Shown here piece by piece: positions 20,549 through 31,027 of a DNA stretch of 64,000 nucleotides. This DNA comes from an uncultured virus (IMG/VR IMGVR_UViG_3300037242_000028) (Duplodnaviria; Heunggongvirae; Uroviricota; Caudoviricetes), in IMG/VR virus record IMGVR_UViG_3300037242_000028; one strand, given 5' to 3'. A program made the position numbers and the translations under genes. The notes under the pieces are model-generated. The model made no database searches. It had not been told where the DNA came from and was given only the letters and a program-made list of their open reading frames with translations. Each line of letters opens with the position of its first letter. Position 1 is the stretch's first letter.

Positions 20549-21474
20549 GTGACGACCGGATAGCCGATGATGTAAAGCACTTGAGACTGGACACCGACAC
20601 CAAGTACAAGGCCGTCTCCTACGTCGAGACTTACACCGGCCGGGCCTTCTTCCCGCTCGAACCACAGGTCAAAGACGTTTCGATCATCGACATCGCGCAT
20701 CATCTTTCAAATCAGTGCCGATATTCCGGGGCCCCGTCGTCGTTCTACTCGACGGCGCAGCATTGTTGTTTGCTCGCGGATTTCGTGCAGAAGCGTTGGG
20801 GCACTCCGCTCGATTGCTTGCAAATACTCATGCACGATGCGGCCGAAGCCTACCTCGTCGATATGCCCCGGCCCGTCAAGCAATTCATGCCGCAATTCCG
20901 TGATTGGGACCACGCTATTCAGATGTGCGTCCGGTCGTGGCTCGGACTCGACGGCGTGCCAATCCCGACATGGCAGGACGAGCTTGACAGCCGCATCATC
21001 GTTGACGAGCGCGCCCAAGTCATGAGCGACAGCGGCAACGATTGGGGCCACGATCTTGAGCCGCTCGGCATCGAAATCACGCCATGGGCACCCGTGCTCG
21101 CCGAGCAACAATTCCTCATACGTTACGCGGCCTACTCGAAAGGGCACTACGGTACGCACCAATATCTTCGCTCGGGATGGGGCCTGCCGACCGGGTGCGT
21201 ATTCAAGGAATTCCCGTTCAAGACACTCGGCGGTGACGTAGCCTTGCGTGGCGACGTTGATCCAAAAATGATAACCGATTTGGCGGAGGTTGATCTTCGT
21301 GGCGGCGTCGGTCGCGTGGCGCTGCGTTCGCCCGATGGCATGATGATACGCGACACCAAGGCTGGACGCTTCCCGCGCCCGGCGTGGAAATGGCTGCACG
21401 GATCGTTCGAGCTTGCCGCGCCGGACATCGAGACCGTGGAAGTTGGCTCCGTGGCACTGGAAACACAGCAATGA
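20545..21474 (+). CDS. HD-domain nucleotide phosphohydrolase (YfbR/YfdR-like) with a C-terminal extension
   Basis: DIAHHLSNQCRY.G...YSTAQH...LMHDAAEAYLVDMPRPVK. Confidence 0.85.
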   Translation: MSDDRIADDVKHLRLDTDTKYKAVSYVETYTGRAFFPLEPQVKDVSIIDIAHHLSNQCRYSGAPSSFYSTAQHCCLLADFVQKRWGTPLDCLQILMHDAAEAYLVDMPRPVKQFMPQFRDWDHAIQMCVRSWLGLDGVPIPTWQDELDSRIIVDERAQVMSDSGNDWGHDLEPLGIEITPWAPVLAEQQFLIRYAAYSKGHYGTHQYLRSGWGLPTGCVFKEFPFKTLGGDVALRGDVDPKMITDLAEVDLRGGVGRVALRSPDGMMIRDTKAGRFPRPAWKWLHGSFELAAPDIETVEVGSVALETQQ

Positions 21475-22089
21475 GTTGGCAAAAGAATGATACCCATGTC
21501 GCGTTTTATTGCGATATGGCGGACTGCGAGAGTGAAGCTATCATCGACCCGACCGGGACGCGTGCCGGGATGGACGCTCCCGAACGACTCAGCGATTTCG
21601 CGGTGTGCTTTGCTGCGGTGACTGGCCTCGGCTGGCGGTCATTTAAGCGTCGAAATGCGGATTGGCAGTATTTCTGCCCGAAGTGCGTCGTCGCGGCCGA
21701 AGCCGCACAGCGCAAACACAACGAACAGGAGAACGAGCGTGAGCGTATCAAAGCCCGCAACGCATACTGACCGCATCCATAAGGTGCCGAGAGAGACGCA
21801 GTGGGGAAACGTGCGTGAGAACCAAGCTCTCTCCGAAGCGCATCGTAAGCCGAAGTTCATCACGCTGCCGAGCGGGGCCAAAATTCCAACTCCGAAGAAA
21901 AAGCGATGAACAGCCGATCCCTCCGACGACTCGCTAACCTCGCCAACGCTGGCGCTGCCGCGAAGGGCGACGAGCGTGCGCTGATCCTGCGCACCCTTCT
22001 GAAAATCCTAGACGAGTGCAGCGACGCCGAGTATGAAGTAGCGTACAGCGAGCCGCTTAAGGCGAAGCTTATCGCCGCCGGGGTCGAAT

Positions 22090-23556
22090 TTGATGCCGAA
22101 GAATAGATCGACTGAGCCGCGTTGGCGACATCAGGCCCTAGAGTATCAGATTGGTCGTGAGAAGCGCAGCCGCGCGCTCATATGGCCTATGCGCTCGGGC
22201 AAGAGCCGCGCAATTGTTGATGCCGGTTGCTACCAATATGGACGCGGCAAGATCGAGGGCGTCATCGTCGTCGCGCCGAACGGTGTGCATCTGAATTGGG
22301 CGGTCAACGAAATCCCGAGATGGTGCTCGCTGAAATTTCCTAGCCGCGCGTTCGCGTGGGAAACTAGCAAACGCGGCTTCCCCGAGAAGGAAAAAGAGTG
22401 GGAGGCATTCCTCGCGTGGCACGGCGGCCTGCGCTGGATGTGCATCAACATGGAGGCGTTGGCGCACCCCGACTGCATCAAGGCCGTCCGCCGCTTCAAG
22501 GGAACCTGCCACGAATTCATGTTCGCAATCTCCGAGGCCCATCACTTTGGCCGCTCCGGCTCGAAGCGCACGCACAAGGCTCGGTCGCTGTCCTACCACG
22601 CGGCCTACGTGCGCACCGAGACCGGCACGCCGATCCTCACCGGGCCGCTGCACGCATTCTCGCAGTATGAAATTCTCGCGCCGGGCGCTCTCGGCTTCGG
22701 CCGCTACCGGCCATTCAAAGAGCACTACGCCGACTTCGAACCTTACGGGCCGCCCGGCATGTTCCAGCGCGAGAAGCTGGTCCGTTACAAGAACCTCGAC
22801 GAGCTTACCGAGCGCATCGCGCCGTGGACATCGCTCGTGCTCCGCTCCGATCTTGACGACATGCCCAAACTGATCCGCACCGAGCGGCCGGTCGTCATGA
22901 GCACCAAGCAACGGCAGACGTACATCCAGATGGTTGCGCAGCATCTCGCCGAAGTGGAGGATGGCGAAGTCGCCGTGAAGGACGCCGGACCGCGCATGAT
23001 AAAGCTGCAACAGATTTTGAACGGCTACGTCATGGACACGCAAAACCAAAGGATACTAACTATTGACGACGACGCGCCGATCTATAACGCGGTGATCGAA
23101 GAAATAAAGGGGACCGCTCCGGGCAAGGCGCTCGTTTGGTGCCGCTTCAAAGAGGATTGCCGCCGACTCGCCGTGAAGCTCAAGCAGAACAAGATGCCCG
23201 TGCTTGAGTATTGGGGCGACTTTTCGACCACGGTGCGCGAAGCAAACCGCGCCGAATTCCTTTCGCCCGACGACCGAAGCACCATGATCGGGACGCCCGA
23301 CTGCGGCGGGGAAGGTCTCGACTTCTCGGCGGCCGACGCCGTGATTTTCTTTAGCGGCAACCCCAACGCGCGCATGATGGAGCAAGCGTCTGAGCGGGCC
23401 ACGGTCAAGGGCGGCAAGAGCGTCAGCATCGTCCGAGTCCGCAACTACGGGACGGTGGACGACCGGGTATGGGCCATCGTTGATGGCAATATCACGCTGG
23501 CCGACACGGTCACCGGGACCGGCCTGCGGAAGTTGTTAGAGGCGACGGACATTTAA
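22090..23556 (+). CDS. SNF2/SF2 helicase
   Basis: MRSGKS, SEAH (DEAH variant), TGTP, KLQQI, GGEGLDF, QASERA. Confidence 0.88.
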   Translation: MMPKNRSTEPRWRHQALEYQIGREKRSRALIWPMRSGKSRAIVDAGCYQYGRGKIEGVIVVAPNGVHLNWAVNEIPRWCSLKFPSRAFAWETSKRGFPEKEKEWEAFLAWHGGLRWMCINMEALAHPDCIKAVRRFKGTCHEFMFAISEAHHFGRSGSKRTHKARSLSYHAAYVRTETGTPILTGPLHAFSQYEILAPGALGFGRYRPFKEHYADFEPYGPPGMFQREKLVRYKNLDELTERIAPWTSLVLRSDLDDMPKLIRTERPVVMSTKQRQTYIQMVAQHLAEVEDGEVAVKDAGPRMIKLQQILNGYVMDTQNQRILTIDDDAPIYNAVIEEIKGTAPGKALVWCRFKEDCRRLAVKLKQNKMPVLEYWGDFSTTVREANRAEFLSPDDRSTMIGTPDCGGEGLDFSAADAVIFFSGNPNARMMEQASERATVKGGKSVSIVRVRNYGTVDDRVWAIVDGNITLADTVTGTGLRKLLEATDI

Positions 23557-23993
23557 CCCGCCAGCACTTTCCGGGATAGGCCACGCGATGCATCACGTCG
23601 CCCTCTAAGGGCTAGGCCTGTAAAGCCCAAAAATCCGCCAGCACTTTCCGGGGGCATCAAGGCACTCAAGAAGGCGGCTCTGATGTTATGGCCCGTGCGA
23701 GCCTTGCACGCAACCGAAACGACTTCCGTCGTTTTCGTGTGATCGCGGAACCACCGGCCGCCGACGCCGAGGGCCTTGAGCTTCGCACGCGCTGCCTTGA
23801 TCGACAGCGTGAGTCGGTAGGCAACGGAGACCGTTGCGCGGTAGAATTCGCCTTCGTAGGCACCCGCACCGAGCGCAGCGATTTCGTCCTTGTAGGTGTT
23901 TTCTTTGGTTTGGAGCGCGGCAATCTGCGCCTGCACCAAGCCGAGTTTGTCCACGAGTCGAAGCGGCGTGGCGCTTTCAATTATCATCGTCAT
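23553..23993 (-). CDS. hypothetical early phage protein
   Basis: AAGGAG RBS. Coiled N-terminus. Confidence 0.6.
   Translation of the reverse strand: MTMIIESATPLRLVDKLGLVQAQIAALQTKENTYKDEIAALGAGAYEGEFYRATVSVAYRLTLSIKAARAKLKALGVGGRWFRDHTKTTEVVSVACKARTGHNIRAAFLSALMPPESAGGFLGFTGLALRGRRDASRGLSRKVLAG
23558..23652. repeat. 18-bp direct repeat CCGCCAGCACTTTCCGGG at 23558-23575 and 23635-23652
   Basis: Read directly. Confidence 0.85.
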
Positions 23994-24092
23994 AGGTGTA
24001 GCTCCTTTGCTGCCCCTGCGGGGCATGAGGTAGTGGTACGATGCGCGGACATTAGCACGACCCGAGGCCGACCGCACGCGGGAACTCAAGAC

Positions 24093-24132
24093 ATGGTTAA
24101 ACCTTGACTTCCGAACGGTCCCGCTTTACAGG
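24093..24132 (+). promoter_or_regulatory. promoter TTGACT-N17-TACAGG preceded by a CtrA-like half site ATGGTTAA
   Basis: Motifs in a divergent intergenic gap. Confidence 0.45.
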
Positions 24133-24159
24133 TGGATCGTCCCCCGAACGAGGCGGCCA

Positions 24160-24558
24160 ATGGCTAACACCGAAGTCTCATTCGTGTTTGCGTTCCCGGG
24201 ATGGGAAGTGCTCTACTATTTCAAAGGCGGCCGTTTCGAGAGCACCCAAATTGTTGCATGGGCCATCCACGCCGAGGAAGGCATGTTTATTCGCACTTCC
24301 CCGGTTACTACCGATCTAGCTTGGGCTCTCGACGACGACCGCACGATCTGCACGCCGGACGGCGACGTGACCTGCGGGGAGCTTGAGCGTTGGCCAACCG
24401 TAGGAGCTTGGCTCGCCGACATGCAGCGCCGCGAGATAGAAGAACCCGACAAGCTTCCGACCGAACGTCCCCCGGCGCAGTTGCAGTCGGAAGGCAATGC
24501 GCCGCTCGTCCTCGCAAACTTTCGGCGTAAATTCCAGCAAGGTAACGAGGGGATATGA
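24160..24558 (+). CDS. hypothetical phage protein
   Basis: GAGG RBS, downstream of the promoter. Confidence 0.6.
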   Translation: MANTEVSFVFAFPGWEVLYYFKGGRFESTQIVAWAIHAEEGMFIRTSPVTTDLAWALDDDRTICTPDGDVTCGELERWPTVGAWLADMQRREIEEPDKLPTERPPAQLQSEGNAPLVLANFRRKFQQGNEGI

Positions 24559-24606
24559 TGCTCTTTATTTGGTACGCCGCCGTATGGCGAGGGATGTTTG
24601 AAATCT

Positions 24607-24903
24607 ATGGCTTTCAATCCAAGCCAAGCCCGCGACTCGAACGGTAAGTGGTCCAACGGGATCATTGACAGTATCGAGCATCAAATGCGCGCCAAGGGCA
24701 AGACGCCCGAGGAAGCGCATGCGCTCGCTATTGAGATAGGCCAGACCCACGGCTTCCTCGATGCGAAGGGCAACATGACCGCCAAGGGCCTAGAGCGCGA
24801 GGCGATGGGCCACAAGGGCCGCATGATTGACCGCGCGGCAAAACAGTTCGGCAAGAAGCCTTCCGAAATCGGCATCCAGAATAATCGCGCCTATGTTAAG
24901 TGA
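24607..24903 (+). CDS. small protein with an N-terminal FNPSQARDSNGKW motif
   Basis: RDxxGxW-type motif seen in phage virion-internal proteins. Confidence 0.5.
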   Translation: MAFNPSQARDSNGKWSNGIIDSIEHQMRAKGKTPEEAHALAIEIGQTHGFLDAKGNMTAKGLEREAMGHKGRMIDRAAKQFGKKPSEIGIQNNRAYVK

Positions 24904-25363
24904 AGCCCTCGCCCCCGAGATTGTCGAATGCAACATCGTTCGTCGAACAACACAACTTGCGGACGGCAAGATATATGCGTTCACCGAAATCCTCATGGTC
25001 GATGCGAGCGGCGTGCCGCGCTGTTCGCGGACGTGGGAGGATTTGCCCGACACGCCGTTCATGCGGTCACATCAAATCGCGCAGTTCAAACAACGATGGG
25101 GGATGAATGAGCGAGCCAATTAACCTCCCGCCGGACAACGCCTTCCTCTCCGACGACGAGAAGCAACTTTTTTCGCAGCCGCACACCGCGAAGTTCCGGC
25201 TGTTTCAGAATGGAAAGTTCTTTCCGGTGGGCCGAATGTTCGGCGCTGATGGACAGATTGTTACGAACCCGCTCCACGCCTTCGGATGTATTGCGTTCTC
25301 CGAACAATGGGCTATGATGTCGTGTCACCCGGGCGACATCGAACCGATCCGTGAAGGCAGACC

Positions 25364-25864
25364 GTGGATATGGGCATGAAACTCTTTCCGTTCTCAGTTG
25401 AAGAAATAAACGACATCACCCGGCTCCCGCAAGTCGATAGGTACATGCGTCGCGACTACGAAATTGACAGCCGCACCTACGACGTTCCAAATCTCGGCGG
25501 CCACGGATGCGTCGATCTTACAATCTACATCGACCGGAACCTGTCGAAATGGCAGTGGCTCGGCAAGCCGGTTGCCCTGAGCCGCTTCGTGATATTGCGC
25601 GAACGATATACGATGTCGCTGATCGACGCGCTGGAAGAACTTCAAGGCCGTGAACTTGACTCATTGCTGATCCGACTGCGGATGGTAGACCGTAATGACT
25701 TCCCCTTCGAGCACGCCTACAGCGTCGGCAACGGCGCGGTCGTTTACGCCGTGAAGCTCCAATACGGCAACAGCGGTTTCCGATCCTTCGAGCGGTTCTC
25801 GGAGGAGCAAACAAAACGCCCACTCGTCAACCTCCCGCCCGATCTGAGGAGGATGCCATCATGA
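25364..25864 (+). CDS. hypothetical phage protein
   Basis: Coupled ORF in the operon. Confidence 0.55.
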   Translation: MDMGMKLFPFSVEEINDITRLPQVDRYMRRDYEIDSRTYDVPNLGGHGCVDLTIYIDRNLSKWQWLGKPVALSRFVILRERYTMSLIDALEELQGRELDSLLIRLRMVDRNDFPFEHAYSVGNGAVVYAVKLQYGNSGFRSFERFSEEQTKRPLVNLPPDLRRMPS

Positions 25865-26131
25865 GCGAGTCAACCTATCGCGTCTGTGGAGAAACCGACC
25901 CCGGTGGCAAGACATTGTACTACGTCCTGACCGGCGACGGTGATAGGGAGTACATCGTTTCCAAGTTCACTCACAGCTACGAGCTTGCCGACCGATGGTG
26001 CTGTGGACTTCGTCGTGCGGCGCAGGTCGAGGAGGACCGCAAGCTGGCGGTAAAAGGTCGGCGTTGACATCGTAGGCGTTTGGTTATATCCCAATCGGCG
26101 AAACTCCACTGTGAAAAAAGGAAGTCCCAAA

Positions 26132-26413
26132 ATGGCTTTAGCAGTAGTGAAGGATGCCGAAACGACTCCGGCGACGGGGTTCGCCAAGGATCAACTCAAG
26201 GCGTTCATCGAACGGATCGAACGGCTTGAGGAGGAAAAGAAGGCGCTTGCCGACGACATCCGCGAAGTCTATGCGGAGGCCAAGGCCAACGGCTTTGACG
26301 TGAAAGTTCTCCGTCACATCGTCAAGCTTCGCAAGCTCGACGTGAACGAGCGCAAAGAGTTCGAGGCCGTCGCCGAAACGTACATGGCCGCGCTCGGAAT
26401 GCTCACCGGCTAA
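26132..26413 (+). CDS. gapR: GapR (DUF2312) nucleoid-associated protein
   Basis: [47 protein letters not shown] promoter at about 26064. Confidence 0.95.
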   Translation: MALAVVKDAETTPATGFAKDQLKAFIERIERLEEEKKALADDIREVYAEAKANGFDVKVLRHIVKLRKLDVNERKEFEAVAETYMAALGMLTG

Positions 26414-26922
26414 ACTCGGTGTTCGGTCGTAAAAAGAAAACTGGCGGCGTCGTACCAACGACGCCGCGACCGCCCTCCGCCGGGTAATTGGACACCATAC
26501 ACTCAACAACTGGTTGACGATATGCCCGACGGCAGTGAATACAGATATGACGTGCGCATGTGCGCGTGGTGCGGTTCGTTTCCGCACAAGCCCGACTGCA
26601 AAGCCCTCGCTAAGAATAGTTATCCGGTGAGCGAGCTTGAAGTCTCGTCTCTGACCAAACAACGGCTAGTGACTAATCAAATTCGTCGCGAGACGCAGCG
26701 CGTGATTATTGCCAGCGCCCTCGAAGCTCAGCGGAACGTGACCCGCGTGGAGCCGCCCGACACGCGCACCGAAGTTCAAAAGCGGTTCGATGCAATCGCC
26801 GAGGAACTTAAAAATGGCGAATGAGTCCGAGGCGCTCGCCCTCGACCGATGGCTCGCCGCCGCCGACGCGATCCGTCCGACATGCGAAAATCTTCCCGCG
26901 TTCGACGCGCTGATCGCCGGGC

Positions 26923-26962
26923 AAAAAGAAAAGGCGGCCGGGATGTTGCCCGGCCGCCCTTC
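26923..26962 (-). terminator. intrinsic terminator
   Basis: GGCGGCCGGG/CCCGGCCGCC stem followed by a U-tract on the minus strand. Confidence 0.7.
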
Positions 26963-26976
26963 TTAATTTTGGCTCG

Positions 26977-27375
26977 TTAGTCGAGACGCGAGCCGGTTGA
27001 GACCAGTGAAGTTTGCAAGCCGTGCGCCAGTACATCGCGGGCGGCGCGGGCGGCTGCTTCGTGAACGCTGATCGACTGCGTCGGAACCGAGTGCAGCTTG
27101 CTGTACCAGATTTGCAAGCCGGTCGGGTAGCCCTTCGAGGCGATGCCTTCCTTTTTCGCCCATCGGCCGAAAGGTATGTTGCCGGGGAAGGACAGCCACG
27201 CGAAGCCGCAATCGAAACCGCGATTATTTTCGCCACCGAGCTTGTTGTTTTCGGCGAGGGCCGCAGCCTGCGCCGCGTTACGAGCTTCCATCCAGAGGCG
27301 AGAAAACTGAGCCGGGGTGCTGGCGTGTGCGAACGTGGTCGCCAGTTCGGCTTGCTCAAAAAGGTTTAGGGTCAT
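26977..27375 (-). CDS. conserved early phage protein
   Basis: TAGGAG RBS. FDCGFAW, QSISVHEAAARAARDVL, SRLD end. Confidence 0.75.
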   Translation of the reverse strand: MTLNLFEQAELATTFAHASTPAQFSRLWMEARNAAQAAALAENNKLGGENNRGFDCGFAWLSFPGNIPFGRWAKKEGIASKGYPTGLQIWYSKLHSVPTQSISVHEAAARAARDVLAHGLQTSLVSTGSRLD

Positions 27376-27398
27376 TGGTATCTCCTATGTGCAACCTG

Positions 27399-27461
27399 AA
27401 TATGGATCGGTCTCCCGGGGGCTGCAACTCAAACCCGTTGGCGCGGTTAACGCGCTCTTAA
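27399..27461 (-). promoter_or_regulatory. promoter TTGCAG-N17-CATATT with an upstream CtrA-type site TTAA-N7-TTAAC
   Basis: TTAA at 27447-27450 and 27458-27461. The unit recurs at 27601-27662. Confidence 0.55.
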
Positions 27462-27465
27462 AAGG

Positions 27466-27594
27466 AAAAAGCGGCCGGGAATGACCCGACCGCTCCCATG
27501 GTCCGCTCGGCGCGACTTACGACCCTCTTCGGGCGGTCAACCGGCTGAGAGCTTTTCTCTCGGGAGGGCTTGGTCTCTGCCTCCACCGTCTGAC
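27466..27594 (-). ncRNA. candidate structured small RNA
   Basis: Promoter copy upstream, multi-stem body, terminator hairpin plus U-tract. Confidence 0.4.
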
Positions 27595-27746
27595 CAGTCA
27601 TACATAGCACCCCCCGGACGGCTTGCAACACGAACCCGTTGGAGTGGTTACCGCCCGGTAAACGGGGGCCGAAAGGCCCCTATAAAGGGCCGCTGGTACG
27701 CCCGGGCCCGACCCGGGCCCCGTAGGCACCCCAGGCCGCAAGCGTG

Positions 27747-27780
27747 CCCCGCGCGCCCCGCGCGCCCCGTGCGCCCCGCT
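27747..27780. repeat. 9-bp GC-rich tandem repeat (CCCCGCGCG-like), about 3.5 copies
   Basis: Read directly in the non-coding divergent region. Confidence 0.7.
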
Positions 27781-27918
27781 TTTCCACTCCTGCGCCATCC
27801 TTAGTCCCGGAAGGTGGAAAAAGGAGCGTTTATGGTCCCTTAACCACTCTGAGCGGTTTAGCTGGCGCGCCGCTACGGGAGGGACTAGGTTCTCCCATAG
27901 CACATAGGAGAACGACCA

Positions 27919-29508
27919 ATGACCGTAGCGACCCTTTCACGAGGCCAGAAGGTAGCGGCCGATGTATCTGCGCTGTTGCGCGCACGCAACCCGCTGATCT
28001 GGATCGTCACCCGCGAGGAGGCCCGCGTCGAAGCCTTCATCGCCGAAGCCGCCAAGTCGGCCAAGTATCTCACTTATACGTGGGACGTGGCGGCTGGCGT
28101 CACGCAACTTGATGGCAAGAAGGACTCGCGTTTCGGCGATCCCGATCCTGCCTCTACTCTCAATTCTATCCGCGCGCTCACCGACAAGTCCGGCACGGAT
28201 CGCTCCGTGTGGATCATGCGCGATCTGCCGGTGTGGCTGAACGGACCCGGCGCGGCGCAGACGTTGCGCACTTTACGCAATCTCGTTCGGCATCTGCCGG
28301 GCGTCCCGCGTGATCGGGCTCAGGCCATCGTCGTGCTTTCACCTAACGGCGACGTTCCGCCTGAGTTGACAAACCACGCGACGGTGATCGAGTGGCCGCT
28401 CCCTGATCGTTCGGAAATTGCTGCCATCCTCGACGCCGCCATCGACGCGCTGCCCGAAGATGTCAAGGCGAATGCTGCACCGAATGGCGTGCGCGAAGCG
28501 GCCATCGACGCGGCGGTCGGCCTGAGTGGTGAGGAAGCTGCCGCCTGTTACGCTCGGTCGCTCGTCACCACGAAAAAGATCGACCCGGCGATGATCGCCT
28601 CCGAGAAAAAGCGCGTCATCGCTCGCGAGAAGGTTCTTGAGTGGTACGATCCGCTCCCGGATGGTCTCGAAGCGGTGGGCGGTCTCGAAAACCTCAAGGC
28701 GTGGCTGGTCACGCGCAAGAACGCGTACAGCGTGGCGGCTCGCGAGTACGGCCTGCCGTTCCCGAAGGGCGCTTTCATCTTCGGCGTGTCCGGTTGCGGC
28801 AAGTCGTTGCTGGCGAAAGCCACCGCTACCGCTTGGGGCGTTCCACTCCTGCGGCTCGACCTTGGCGCGCTCAAGGGCAAGTTCGTCGGCGAGTCCGAGG
28901 GCAATCTGCGCAAGGCTCTCCGCGTGATCGAGGCCATCGGCCGATGCGTCGTGTGGCTGGACGAAATCGAGAAGGCGCTGCAAGGCGCAACGTCCGCCTC
29001 GGCTGACGGCGGCGTCTCCGCCGACGCGCTCGGCACGGTGCTGACGTGGATGCAAGAACGTCAGGGCGGCGCGTTCGTCATCGCTACGGCGAACGAAGTC
29101 GAAAACCTGCCGCCCGAGTTGCTCCGCAAAGGCCGCTTCGACGAAATGTGGTTCGTCGATCTGCCGACCGAAATCGAGCGTCATTCGGTACTCAGCGCGG
29201 CGCTCCGCGCTAACGGTCGCGGCGATGTCAAAATCGACACGGGTGCCGTTGGCCGTGCGACTGATAACTTCACGGGTGCCGAGATTGCGGCGCTTGTCCC
29301 GGATGCCCTCTATGCGGCCTTCGCCGACGAGGCCCGAGAAATCACTACGGCCGACCTGATCGCCGCAGCCAAGACGGTCGTCCCTCTCGCCGAGACTGCA
29401 AAAGAGAAGGTCAAGAAACTCCGCGATTGGTCGCAAGGTCGCGCCCGACCCGCCACCCGGCAGACTGAAACTAAGTCAAGCCCCTCAGTTCGGAGCCTTG
29501 ACCTTTAA
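27919..29508 (+). CDS. Ycf46-like AAA+ ATPase
   Basis: [46 protein letters not shown]. Confidence 0.92.
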   Translation: MTVATLSRGQKVAADVSALLRARNPLIWIVTREEARVEAFIAEAAKSAKYLTYTWDVAAGVTQLDGKKDSRFGDPDPASTLNSIRALTDKSGTDRSVWIMRDLPVWLNGPGAAQTLRTLRNLVRHLPGVPRDRAQAIVVLSPNGDVPPELTNHATVIEWPLPDRSEIAAILDAAIDALPEDVKANAAPNGVREAAIDAAVGLSGEEAAACYARSLVTTKKIDPAMIASEKKRVIAREKVLEWYDPLPDGLEAVGGLENLKAWLVTRKNAYSVAAREYGLPFPKGAFIFGVSGCGKSLLAKATATAWGVPLLRLDLGALKGKFVGESEGNLRKALRVIEAIGRCVVWLDEIEKALQGATSASADGGVSADALGTVLTWMQERQGGAFVIATANEVENLPPELLRKGRFDEMWFVDLPTEIERHSVLSAALRANGRGDVKIDTGAVGRATDNFTGAEIAALVPDALYAAFADEAREITTADLIAAAKTVVPLAETAKEKVKKLRDWSQGRARPATRQTETKSSPSVRSLDL

Positions 29509-29523
29509 GGGAACACGTCATGA

Positions 29524-29868
29524 TAGTAACCACGCTGCCGGGTTTCTCACACAATGTCCCGGCGGCGTGCTACAACCCTCGAAGCACATAGGAGTTACCA
29601 AATGACCGCGTTTAGCAAGAGGATCGCGATCAACTCCGAGATTTGGGCGGAGAGCGGCGGAACGGGCGGCATGTTCGGAAAGTTGTGGGAACAGGGTCGG
29701 CTCAACATCGTGAGCCGGGAACTGACGACCACCGAACAAGCGACGTTGGAAAAGGCAGTTGCGGAAAATTTCAAGCGGCCCATTACTATTTAGTAACCAC
29801 GCTGCCGGGTTTCTCACACAATGTCCCGGCGGCGTGCTACAACCCTCGAAGCACATAGGAGTTACCAA
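29524..29868 (+). repeat. 78-bp perfect direct repeat (29524-29601 and 29791-29868) containing a stem-loop and an RBS
   Basis: TAGTAACCACGCTGCCGGG...CCCGGCGGCGTG...GCACATAGGAGTTACCAA occurs twice. Confidence 0.95.
29602..29793 (+). CDS. small cassette protein between the repeats
   Basis: RBS supplied by repeat 1. Stop is the first codon of repeat 2. Confidence 0.7.
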   Translation: MTAFSKRIAINSEIWAESGGTGGMFGKLWEQGRLNIVSRELTTTEQATLEKAVAENFKRPITI

Positions 29869-30614
29869 TGACCACGAATATCCCCGCCACCACTACCCTC
29901 CGCCCCGGCTTGCTGGTCGGTCTACAGACTTCGATCCGAGGCAACGTCACTTACGTGAAAAAGGACCTTGAGACTGGTCGCATCATCGAGTCCGGCGAGC
30001 ACGTCGCCAAGTGGGAGACCGAGCGTACCATTTCCGATCCGGTCGAGCACGCCCGAGCCGTCAAGGTTCGCAGCGACGCTCGCGGACTGATCGTCAAGTG
30101 CTGCGTCCCTACCGCTTTCGGGCCCATCTGCCCGGAAGTCGATGCACCCGATCTTGAGGCGGCTATCGCGAAGGCTCGCAAGCTCTGCGACGACTTCAAC
30201 AGCACCGCCGAAGTGACCCGCGTGAAGTTCTACATCATGACGGGCCGCGTCGCCTCCGACGACCTTGAGGCCGTCAAGGCAATCAACGGTGAGGTTCGCG
30301 ATCTTCTCTCCGACATGAAGGAAGGCGTCGAAAACCTCGACGTGAAGATCATCCGCGACGCCGCTGCGAAGGCCAAGTCAATCGGCGCGATGCTTACGCC
30401 GGAGGCACAGGCGCGCATCGACGTGGCAATCAAGGCCGCCCGAGAAGTGGCGACCAAGATCGTCTCCGCCGGTGAAACTGCGGCTGTCGAAATTGACCGT
30501 CGCACCATACGCACACTGACCGAAGCCCGCACCGCGTTTCTCGATCTTGATGGTGCGGACGAAATCGCGCAGCCCGCCGCTCATGGCCGCGCGCTCGATC
30601 TTGCGGTAGCTTGA
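29868..30614 (+). CDS. DUF3150-like helical protein of the AAA module
   Basis: RBS in repeat 2. Ends RALDL, like the AAA protein's RSLDL. Confidence 0.55.
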   Translation: MTTNIPATTTLRPGLLVGLQTSIRGNVTYVKKDLETGRIIESGEHVAKWETERTISDPVEHARAVKVRSDARGLIVKCCVPTAFGPICPEVDAPDLEAAIAKARKLCDDFNSTAEVTRVKFYIMTGRVASDDLEAVKAINGEVRDLLSDMKEGVENLDVKIIRDAAAKAKSIGAMLTPEAQARIDVAIKAAREVATKIVSAGETAAVEIDRRTIRTLTEARTAFLDLDGADEIAQPAAHGRALDLAVA

Positions 30615-30684
30615 ACGCCCACCAACGGCGCGAGGGTGCGCCCCCGGGAGACGCGAATGTCTCCCGGGAGATAGGAAAACGAAA

Positions 30685-31026
30685 ATGCCGTGCGATACCA
30701 GATTAAAGCCCCGGCAGACCATCTCCGAGCGTAAGGACGAAGTGCGCAAGGTCACCGAGCGGTTTTCTCAAGGACTCGCCGCCGGACGCATCAAGGCCAA
30801 AGTCGGGCCCCAAGGCGCGATTGCCTTCGCGGGCGTCACCGACGAGGAACGTGACGGCGTCACCGACGCCTGCGTGTACCGCCGCCTCTTGGTCCATGGC
30901 TCGGCGCTCGCTCGCGCCAAGATCACTCAGGCCGAACAGATTGCCGGGCGCTCCGTCAATAAGGAAGCGGTCGCGCAAGGCCACCACTCGCACGACGGTG
31001 GCGAACACTGGCATCACGGTCATTGA
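30685..31026 (+). CDS. conserved small protein of the AAA module
   Basis: Hairpin then TAGGA RBS. GHHSHDGGEHW end. Confidence 0.65.
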   Translation: MPCDTRLKPRQTISERKDEVRKVTERFSQGLAAGRIKAKVGPQGAIAFAGVTDEERDGVTDACVYRRLLVHGSALARAKITQAEQIAGRSVNKEAVAQGHHSHDGGEHWHHGH

Positions 31027-31027
31027 C

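Noticed and set aside
22138..29436. Long antisense ORFs opposite the helicase (303 aa) and the AAA ATPase (365 aa)
   Set aside because: Shadow frames of well-supported genes.
29524..29868. CRISPR-like array, given a Cas4-like gene and TnpB in the window
   Set aside because: Only two 78-bp repeats around a coding ORF. DUF2800 is a normal replication-module nuclease.
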